DNA of 38,879 nucleotides from Myxococcota bacterium (GTDB lineage: Bacteria; Myxococcota_A; UBA796; SXON01): NCBI GenBank assembly GCA_964202365.1, contig CAXNIN010000002.1:1-38879 (forward strand), read 5' to 3'. A program made the translations under genes and the position numbers. Numbering within the stretch: position 1 is the first letter of the stretch; each line of letters begins with the position of its first letter. Below the pieces are notes generated by a model. It saw only the letters and a program-made list of their open reading frames with translations, had not been told where the DNA came from and searched no databases. Shown here one piece after another: positions 9,198 to 16,424 of the stretch.

Positions 9198-9953
9198 ATG
9201 GACGTGCGCCCCATCCCGTGTCTCGCGGACAACTACGCGTATCTCCTCGTACGGGACGGCCACGCCGTAGTGGTCGACCCCTCTGAGGCCCCGCCGGTGC
9301 TCGCCGCCCTCGAAGGCCTCGTGCTCGACGCCATCTGGTGCACCCACCACCACTGGGACCACGTGGGCGGTGTCCCGGGCCTGCTCGCCAAGGGTCGCGT
9401 ACCCGTGGTGGGCGGCCGGTACGACAGCGAAAACACCCGCATCGAAGGGCAGTCCGTCGCGTTCGACGACGGCGACACCTTCCCGGTGTTCGGCGTAACC
9501 GCGAAGGTGCACGCCATCCCCGGCCATACGCTCGGTGCCATCGCCTACGAGGTAGACGGCCACCTGTTCTCGGGCGACACGCTCTTCACCGGCGGCTGCG
9601 GCCGAATCTTCGAGGGGACACCGCAGATGATGCGCGCCTCGATGAACACCCTCCTCGGCCTCGATCCCGCGCTCCGGCTCTGGCCGGGCCACGAGTACAC
9701 GTTGAACAACCTAACGTTTGCGCTCCACCTCGCCGCGGAGCCCGCCGTTGAGGCCCGCCTCGCGGACACGCGCACCCGTCGCGACGCAGGCCTGCCCGCC
9801 ATCGGGGACACCCTCGCGCTCGAGCGCGCCACCAACCCGTTCCTCCGCTGGGACGCGCCCACCATTCGGGCGGCGGCCGCGCGTCTCGGCGCCGACCCCG
9901 GCGACCCCGACGAAGTCTTCGCCGCCATCCGCCACGCCAAGGATCGCTGGTGA
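9198..9953 (+). CDS. gloB: hydroxyacylglutathione hydrolase (glyoxalase II)
   Basis: Last 251 codons of track ORF 8097..9953, starting at ATG 9198 (MDVRPIPCLADNYAYLL). Metallo-beta-lactamase motif THHHWDHVGG, then IPGHTLGAI, FSGDTLFTGGCGR, PGHEYT and NPFLR. Confidence 0.9.
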   Translation: MDVRPIPCLADNYAYLLVRDGHAVVVDPSEAPPVLAALEGLVLDAIWCTHHHWDHVGGVPGLLAKGRVPVVGGRYDSENTRIEGQSVAFDDGDTFPVFGVTAKVHAIPGHTLGAIAYEVDGHLFSGDTLFTGGCGRIFEGTPQMMRASMNTLLGLDPALRLWPGHEYTLNNLTFALHLAAEPAVEARLADTRTRRDAGLPAIGDTLALERATNPFLRWDAPTIRAAAARLGADPGDPDEVFAAIRHAKDRW

Positions 9954-10411
9954 GCGCGAAGATCGAGAGCATCTTCCTCATCCAACGGCCAGGGGGAGCG
10001 CCCGTGCGCCACGCCAGCGTCCGCGCCGTCGCGGGGGCCGGCCTCACCGGCGACCACCACCTCGCCCACCCGGTCCTCTTCGGCAGCCCGGCGCCCGAGA
10101 AGCAGCTCACGCTTATCGAGGCGGAAGCCCTGGATTTCCTCGAACGGCGCCACGGCATCCGGCTCGGCCCCGGCGCATCGCGTCGCAACCTCGTCACGCG
10201 CGGCGTTCGCCTCAATGCCCTGGTCGGACGCACGTTTCAGGTCGGCGGTGTGCGCGCGCGCGGCGTGGAGCGCTGCGACCCCTGCGCGCACCTCGAAGCG
10301 CTCACCCAGCCCGGCGTGCTGCGCGGGCTCGTGAATCGCGGCGGTCTCCGCGCCGAAATCCTCACCGACGGGCTCATCCGCGAGGGCGATTCGATCGAAG
10401 CCGAGCCGTAG
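9950..10411 (+). CDS. MOSC domain-containing protein
   Basis: 153-aa ORF. Its GTG start overlaps the gloB stop (GTGA at 9950-9953). MOSC-like core RRNLVTRG...RCDPCAHLE with the conserved Cys. Confidence 0.85.
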   Translation: MSAKIESIFLIQRPGGAPVRHASVRAVAGAGLTGDHHLAHPVLFGSPAPEKQLTLIEAEALDFLERRHGIRLGPGASRRNLVTRGVRLNALVGRTFQVGGVRARGVERCDPCAHLEALTQPGVLRGLVNRGGLRAEILTDGLIREGDSIEAEP

Positions 10412-10534
10412 GGTCCCCCCTCTCGGAGGTGCAGGGTCGTCGGCGAGCCAGGGCGAACCGGGGGGCGCCGCCGCGCGCCGGATGGCTCGCGACGATCCAC
10501 GGCCTCCGAGAGGCCCGCGCCCGCCCCTCCGCCC

Positions 10535-11134
10535 CTACCGGTCCGTGACCCCGCGGACCCACGCTCCGGCGGCGATTTCCACGCGGGCGCGCGTCGAGCT
10601 CGGGAGCGGCGCGAGCGCCCGCGCGAGGCTGGAGAGAACGGCCTCCACGCGGCACTCGTCCGCCATCGTGTCGACGGACGGCTCACCGGCGGCGATCCAC
10701 GCGCGCTCGGTCGGGTTCGCCCACCGCCACAAGGCCTCGGGCGCGTGCACCGCGGCCGGCGCGCCCGCCTCGTGGAACAGCCGGCGCGCGCGTGGAACGT
10801 GGTACCGCGCGGTGAGCACGAGCCCGCGTCGAACGCCGCGCTCCCGAAACAACGCGGCGCCGAGAACGGCCTCTTCGCGGGTGGAGCGCGTCACGTCGTC
10901 GCGCACCACAACGTCGTCGGGAACGCCGAGCTCGGCGAGGTACTTCCGCACAATCGTGCTCCCGGAGTGTTCCTGGCCGCGCAGGCGGGCTTCGAGCGTG
11001 ACAACGAAGCCGGCCCCGGCGCGCCAGGCGGCGGAGGCGGAGGCGCACCGGGCGCGCAGTTCCCGCCGCGCGCGTTCGGGATCGCGACGGAGCTCCTTCC
11101 CGAGAATGAAGACGGCATCGAAGGGGGCGGGCAT
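10535..11134 (-). CDS. YdcF/ElyC-like DUF218 domain protein
   Basis: Track ORF is 10535..11461; start taken at ATG 11134 (MPAPFDAVFILGKEL...). The order of motifs is DUF218-like: FILGKE, GSTIVRKYLAELGVP, TRSTREEA, LVLTARYHVPRARRLF. The longer N-terminus would overlap the divergent gene starting at 11208. Confidence 0.7.
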   Translation of the reverse strand: MPAPFDAVFILGKELRRDPERARRELRARCASASAAWRAGAGFVVTLEARLRGQEHSGSTIVRKYLAELGVPDDVVVRDDVTRSTREEAVLGAALFRERGVRRGLVLTARYHVPRARRLFHEAGAPAAVHAPEALWRWANPTERAWIAAGEPSVDTMADECRVEAVLSSLARALAPLPSSTRARVEIAAGAWVRGVTDR

Positions 11135-11207
11135 CGCGCGCGCAGCATGCACGGGCCCCGGCGGGTTGGGAAGGGGGACACGCGCCGCGCGCGCTAAGAT
11201 CCACCCC

Positions 11208-12836
11208 ATGCACGCCCCCCATCCCACGCCGGCCTCCGCGCGCGCCGCGTTCGCCGCCTGGCGCGCCGCCCACACGAGCTGGTGGCACGATGATCCGCAC
11301 CTCGCCTCGCTGATCCGGCACCACGGCCACACGGCGGCCATCCCGGAGCTGGAGGCCTTCGCCGCCCTCTGCGCCGGCGACCTCGACCGCTGGGCGATCG
11401 AAACCAACCGCGACGAGCACCTCCCCCAGCTCCGCCGGTGGGACGGCCACGGCAACCGCATCGAGCAGGTGGTGTTCCATCCGGACTACCACCACATCGG
11501 CCGCGCGGTGTACCGCACCGGCGTGATGGCACGGTACGGCACCCCGGGCCGTGAGCTCGAGAGCCTTGCTTTCACCTACCTCCTCGCGCAGGACGGCGAG
11601 GCGGGCCACTGCTGCCCGCTCGCGTGTACGGCGGGGATGATCAAGATTCTGCAGGCGGCCGGGAACGCGCCCCCCGAGTGGCTCGAGCGGCTCCTGGACC
11701 CCAACTACGACACCCACTTCCACGGCTCGCAGTTCCTCACGGAGGTGCAGGGGGGCTCGGACGTCGGCGCGAACGCCCTCGTCGCGCAGGAGAGCGCGGA
11801 CGGCGTGACGGTCTGGGGCGAGAAGTGGTTCTGCTCGGTGATCGACGCGAACCTGTTCCTCGTCACCGCGCGGCCCGAGGGGGCCCCCGCCGGCACCGCC
11901 GGGCTGCGGGCCTACGTGGTGCCGCGCATGCTCGCGTCGGGCCCAAACCACTTCGAGATTCGTCGTCTCAAGTACAAGCTCGGCACGCGGTCGATGGCCT
12001 CGGCGGAAGTGGACTTTCGCGGCGCGCTCGCCTGGCCCGCGGGCGACTTCCGCCGCACGGTGGAGATCGTGCTCAACACGTCGCGGCTGTACAACGCCAT
12101 CTGCGCGGCGGGTTTTCTCCAGCGGGCGTGGCGCGAGGCCGACGGCTACGCGCGCGCTCGCTCGGCCTTCGGGACGAACCTCCTCGCGTTTCCCTCGATT
12201 CAGCGCACGGTGGCGCGGCTCCGGGTCGAGGCCTACGCCGCGCGCTCGGTGTCCTTCCACCTCGCTGCGCGCGCGGCGCCGGTCGGCTCCGCCCCCGACC
12301 CCGCGTGGCGGATGCTGGTGAACCTCAACAAGATCTGGACCGCCCTCACCTGCCCCGCCGGGATGCGCGACGCGATCGAGGTGCTGGGCGGCAACGGCGC
12401 CATCGAGGACTTCTCCGTACTGCCGCGCCTGTTGCGGGACAGCCTCGTGCTCGAGGCGTGGGAGGGAGGGCACGGGGTGTTGTGCGCCCAGATCCTACGG
12501 GACTCGGTGAAGCTCGGCCTGCACGAACCGGCGTTCACCCTCCTCGCGGACATGGGCGGCGCGCGGGTCTCGGCGCGCCTCGAGGACTGCCGCGCCCGGT
12601 GGAACCGCGTGCTCGCGCGTCCCGATGCGGACGCCCACATTCGCGATCTCGTCGAGGAGCTGCGGCCGGTGGCGCAGGCCGCCGCGCTCGCCGCCGAGGC
12701 CCGCACGCCCGGCTCCGACCCGCTCCTCCCCGTCGTGATCGAGCACCTGCTCGCGACCACCGCGCGCGGGTGGGACCCCGTGGACGACACGGGGCTGGCG
12801 GCGCGCCTCGCCGCCCTCACCGCCGCGCCCGCCTGA
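11208..12836 (+). CDS. AidB-like acyl-CoA dehydrogenase family protein
   Basis: 542 codons from ATG 11208 (MHAPHPTPA...) inside track ORF 10482..12836. Contains the AidB/ACAD-type motif LTEVQGGSDVGAN. Its length matches E. coli AidB (about 540 aa, from memory). Confidence 0.85.
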   Translation: MHAPHPTPASARAAFAAWRAAHTSWWHDDPHLASLIRHHGHTAAIPELEAFAALCAGDLDRWAIETNRDEHLPQLRRWDGHGNRIEQVVFHPDYHHIGRAVYRTGVMARYGTPGRELESLAFTYLLAQDGEAGHCCPLACTAGMIKILQAAGNAPPEWLERLLDPNYDTHFHGSQFLTEVQGGSDVGANALVAQESADGVTVWGEKWFCSVIDANLFLVTARPEGAPAGTAGLRAYVVPRMLASGPNHFEIRRLKYKLGTRSMASAEVDFRGALAWPAGDFRRTVEIVLNTSRLYNAICAAGFLQRAWREADGYARARSAFGTNLLAFPSIQRTVARLRVEAYAARSVSFHLAARAAPVGSAPDPAWRMLVNLNKIWTALTCPAGMRDAIEVLGGNGAIEDFSVLPRLLRDSLVLEAWEGGHGVLCAQILRDSVKLGLHEPAFTLLADMGGARVSARLEDCRARWNRVLARPDADAHIRDLVEELRPVAQAAALAAEARTPGSDPLLPVVIEHLLATTARGWDPVDDTGLAARLAALTAAPA

Positions 12837-12897
12837 CGTCCGGCCCGCGCTCGCCCGCGGCGGCTCGGGTGCGCATGGGAGGGGTACGAGGCGAGCC

Positions 12898-13008
12898 ATG
12901 ACCGACACCACCGCCGCCAGCTTCGGCGCCTTCGCGTTCCTCTGCCTCAGCGCGCTGCTCGCGGGCGCCCTCATCTGGCTCGGGCACCTCCGGTACATGT
13001 TGGGCTGA
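12898..13008 (+). CDS. candidate 36-aa single-pass membrane micropeptide
   Basis: Too short to appear in the track. Reads ATG 12898 ... TGA 13006-13008 = MTDTTAASFGAFAFLCLSALLAGALIWLGHLRYMLG. All 36 sense codons end in G/C. GGGAGGGG lies 13 nt upstream. One clear hydrophobic helix. Confidence 0.4.
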   Translation: MTDTTAASFGAFAFLCLSALLAGALIWLGHLRYMLG

Positions 13009-13123
13009 CCAAGCGGGCCGGGGACGCCAGCCACACGTCGAACGATCTCCTGACAGCAGGCGCGCACGGAAGCGCGCGTGACGCCCACCTCGGCGCTATG
13101 CTGGCAGGTATGCCGAGCCCCGC

Positions 13124-14527
13124 ATGATCTCGCTGCTTCTCCTCTCGCTGGCCTGCACCGACCCTACCGGCAACCCCGACGACTCCTCGGGGCCCGGGCC
13201 CACGCCCGTGGCCGATCTCGAGGCTACCGCCGCGCTCGAGGACGACATCGCGACGGTGGCGTGGGTGACGTGGTCCACGGAGACCGCTGGGACATCCTGG
13301 GTCGAGTACGGGCCAGACGAGAGGCTCGGCTACTCCACCGTGCGCAGCACGGCGACGACGACGGAGCACGCCGTGCTCCTCGCCGGCCTCCCCGCGGCGT
13401 CCACCTGGTACTGGCGCGCGGTGTCCGAGGTCGACGGCGAACAGCGCGTGAGCGTCGTCACCGAGATCACCACCGGCGTGGCCCCGCGCGACCTCCCCCG
13501 TGCGAGCGTAACTTCCGACGATCCTTCGCTCGCCCACACCGGGTACACCGTCACCACCTCGCTCGGCGACCCCGCCTGGGTGATCATCTACGCGGCCGAC
13601 GGCAGCCCCGTGTGGTGGACCCCGGCCCCGGAACAGAGCGTCATCGCCCAGGTGCGCCTCACGGACGACGGCACCGCCGTTCTTTACAACGTCGCCAACC
13701 TGAACTTCAGCGTGGATGTCGGCTACATCCGCCGCGTGCGTCTCGACGGCGAAGTGCTCTCCGAAACGCGCACGGTGCTCGGCCACCACGACTTCGTGGT
13801 GCTGCCGGAGGGCGGATTCGGGTACATCGCGGCCGACATGCGCGAGTGGACCGACCCGGACTCCGGCGCAACCTACACCGTCGTCGGCGATGCCATCGTC
13901 GAGGTGCCCGAAGGCGCGACGGACGACACCCCGCGCACGGAGATCTACAACACCTGGGACCACTTCGCGGTGGACGTCGACCCCGTCAAGGACCGTGACT
14001 TCTACCCGCAGGGCCTGGACTGGACGCACAGCAACAGCCTCGGCTTCGCCGACGGCGAGTACCTGCTCTCGGTTCGCAAGGAGAACTCCGTTGTCAAGGT
14101 GGACCGCGCGACCGGCGAGGAGCTCTGGCAGCTCGGCGGCGTGAACAGCGCGTTCACGCTCACCGACGGCCGCGCGTTCGTCGGGCAGCACTCGCCCGAG
14201 CTCACCGAAGCGGGCTTCATGCTCTTCGACAACGGCGACGTCTCCATCCGCGACGCCTACTCCGAGGCCGTCGAGTACACCCTCGACGAGGACGGCCGCA
14301 CGTTCACGCGGCTCTGGAGCTACGACTACGGCCAGCGCATCTCGTCCTACCTCCTCGGCGACGTTGAGCGCCTCGCCAACGGCAACACGCTCGTGGCCTG
14401 GGGCAGCGGCGGCACCATTACCGAGGTTACGCCGGACGGTCAGATGGCCCTCCAGGTGAGCATGCCCATCGGCAGCGCCATCGGCTTCACCCACCACCTC
14501 GACGCGCTCGGCGGCGTCCCGCAGTGA
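13124..14527 (+). CDS. arylsulfotransferase (ASST)-like lipoprotein
   Basis: 467-aa ORF. ATG 13124 is the only possible start, because an in-frame TGA sits at 13079. Very short lipobox-like leader MISLLLLSLAC. An Fn3-like N-domain (TVAWVTWSTE...WYWRAV) is followed by ASST-type propeller motifs: GHHDF, WTHSNS, VVKVDRATGEELWQLGG, GQHSPE, FDNG. Confidence 0.75.
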   Translation: MISLLLLSLACTDPTGNPDDSSGPGPTPVADLEATAALEDDIATVAWVTWSTETAGTSWVEYGPDERLGYSTVRSTATTTEHAVLLAGLPAASTWYWRAVSEVDGEQRVSVVTEITTGVAPRDLPRASVTSDDPSLAHTGYTVTTSLGDPAWVIIYAADGSPVWWTPAPEQSVIAQVRLTDDGTAVLYNVANLNFSVDVGYIRRVRLDGEVLSETRTVLGHHDFVVLPEGGFGYIAADMREWTDPDSGATYTVVGDAIVEVPEGATDDTPRTEIYNTWDHFAVDVDPVKDRDFYPQGLDWTHSNSLGFADGEYLLSVRKENSVVKVDRATGEELWQLGGVNSAFTLTDGRAFVGQHSPELTEAGFMLFDNGDVSIRDAYSEAVEYTLDEDGRTFTRLWSYDYGQRISSYLLGDVERLANGNTLVAWGSGGTITEVTPDGQMALQVSMPIGSAIGFTHHLDALGGVPQ

Positions 14528-14537
14528 GCCCCTCGGC

Positions 14538-15560
14538 ATGAGCCTCCCCGACGTGTGGTTGTCCGCCCCCGCGGTGCGACTCCCCCCGAAAGTCGTCCGG
14601 AACGACGAGATGTTGGACCGCGTGCGCGCCCGGTTCCGCGGGTCCGACGCCGAGTGGGATCGCGTGGATCGGCGCATCCGGTCGCTGTTCCGCGCGTGCG
14701 GCACCGACGTGCGCTACCTCGAAGACGACGCACCCCGTCCCCTCGGCGGTCACGCGGCCGCCGCCGCGGCCGACCTCCTCGCCACGCACGGCCTCGACCC
14801 CGCCGCGCTCGACGCGGTGGTGTACGGCTCGATCGCGCGCGAGTACTACGAGCCCGCGACCGCCTGCGAAGTGGCCGCCAACCTCGGCGCCGACTCCGCC
14901 CTCGCCTACGACGTCACCGCCGCCTGCGCAGGGAGCGTGCTCGCCGTTCAGGAGCTCGTGGGCCGCGCCGCGGTCGACGACAGCCTCCGCAACGCGCTCG
15001 TCGTCACGGCAACAATGACCGCCGGGCACGTGCAGTACGACATCCCCGACGCCGCCTCGGTCGATCTGCTCGGCGCCGGGCTCACCCTCGGCAACGCATC
15101 CACCGCCATGCTGCTGTCCCGCGAGCCGGGCCCCGGGCGCGCGCGCGTCGTGGCGATGCACGCCGAGAGCATGTCCCGCCACCACGCGCTCTGTCGCGCC
15201 CCGATCGACGGGCACTTCGTCACGGACGGCCCCGCGATCTTCGCGCTCGTCCGCCACCTCCCGGCGCACCTCCGCAAGACGTGCGAACGCGCAGGGTGGC
15301 GCCCGGACGAGGTCGACTTCTTCATCTGCCACCAGCCGAGCAACGCCGTGCTGCGCACACTGGCGGCTGGCCTCGAGATCCCGAGGGAGAACCTCCCCAC
15401 GCTGCACGGGCTCTACGGCAACTGCGCCGCGAGCGCCGTGCCCGTGGCGTGGGACCACCTCCGCCGCGCGGGCGCGCTCCAGCCCGGCGCGAAGCTCATG
15501 CTCGCCACGGCGGCGAGCGGCTTCATCATGGCCTCCGTCGCGGTGGTCTGGGAAGGCTGA
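14538..15560 (+). CDS. 3-oxoacyl-ACP synthase III (KAS III/FabH-like) family protein
   Basis: 340-aa ORF starting 10 nt after the ASST stop. Cys-His-Asn triad contexts are present: TAACAGS, ICHQPSN, YGNCAASAVP. The N-terminus is not classical FabH. Confidence 0.85.
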   Translation: MSLPDVWLSAPAVRLPPKVVRNDEMLDRVRARFRGSDAEWDRVDRRIRSLFRACGTDVRYLEDDAPRPLGGHAAAAAADLLATHGLDPAALDAVVYGSIAREYYEPATACEVAANLGADSALAYDVTAACAGSVLAVQELVGRAAVDDSLRNALVVTATMTAGHVQYDIPDAASVDLLGAGLTLGNASTAMLLSREPGPGRARVVAMHAESMSRHHALCRAPIDGHFVTDGPAIFALVRHLPAHLRKTCERAGWRPDEVDFFICHQPSNAVLRTLAAGLEIPRENLPTLHGLYGNCAASAVPVAWDHLRRAGALQPGAKLMLATAASGFIMASVAVVWEG

Positions 15561-15569
15561 GCGGGGGCC

Positions 15570-16349
15570 TTACGTGCCCGTGGCGCGGTCGGGCGGCGCG
15601 ATGGGAAGCGCCTTCTGGTCGTGCGGGAGCGCCGCGTCGAAGATGGCGTACACCTCGGCGATCTTCGCGTCGAGGTTGTCGAGCGTCCAGTCGTCGGTCT
15701 TGATCGCCGGCAGCGTCTGGATGTTCACGCGCGTGGGCTGGATGAGGAGCGAGTTCTTCCGCATCGCCCTGTGCGCCCCGGTCACCACCACCGGCACGAC
15801 CGGCAGCCCGGTGGCGATGGCGAGGTGGCCGAACCCCTTCTTGAAGGGGAGCAGTCGGCCGTCCCGAGCCCGGGTGCCCTCCGGCCACAACCACACGCCG
15901 ATGCCGTACTGCTTGATGATGCGGGCGGTGTCGGCGAGCGCCTCCACCGCGTTCTGCCGGTTGGCGCGGTCAAGCAGGATGTGACCGGAGATCGCGTACA
16001 GTTGGCCGAAGAACGGGTAGTACACCACCTGCTTCTTCGCCACGCCCACCGTGCCGACGGGCGCGAGCCAGATGCCCACGAAGATGTCGAGCATCGACGT
16101 GTGGTTGGAGATGTAGATCGCCGGGTGGTCCCTCCGGGCGGCCTCCGCGGCGCCTTCCGGAACGTCGATGCCGGCAATCCACAAGCACCCCCGGCCGGCA
16201 ACGTGGCCGAACACGTTGCAGATGCGGATGCGCAGGCTCCGGCTCGGCAGCGCGAGCAGCACGAGCGTCGCGAACACGGCTACCGCCACCGCCATGAAGG
16301 CGAGGCAGGAAAGGAGCCGGACAGCGCTGGAGAGGCGTGAGAGGGACAT
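15570..16349 (-). CDS. plsC: 1-acyl-sn-glycerol-3-phosphate acyltransferase
   Basis: 259-aa ORF with an N-terminal TM anchor, the HX4D motif NHTSMLD, then WPEGTRARDG and PVVPVVV blocks. Confidence 0.85.
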   Translation of the reverse strand: MSLSRLSSAVRLLSCLAFMAVAVAVFATLVLLALPSRSLRIRICNVFGHVAGRGCLWIAGIDVPEGAAEAARRDHPAIYISNHTSMLDIFVGIWLAPVGTVGVAKKQVVYYPFFGQLYAISGHILLDRANRQNAVEALADTARIIKQYGIGVWLWPEGTRARDGRLLPFKKGFGHLAIATGLPVVPVVVTGAHRAMRKNSLLIQPTRVNIQTLPAIKTDDWTLDNLDAKIAEVYAIFDAALPHDQKALPIAPPDRATGT

Positions 16350-16377
16350 CTCTCCCAGCCTACTCTCGCGGTGTCAT

Positions 16378-16408
16378 GGCGAGGTCACCGTGGGACGATG
16401 ACCTCGCC
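16378..16408 (-). terminator. hairpin downstream of the M16 peptidase gene (terminator-like)
   Basis: Perfect 10-bp inverted repeat GGCGAGGTCA (16378-16387) / TGACCTCGCC (16399-16408) with an 11-nt loop, 17 nt past the stop at 16425. No U-tract. Confidence 0.4.
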
Positions 16409-16424
16409 GGACCGCGCCGCGGCG

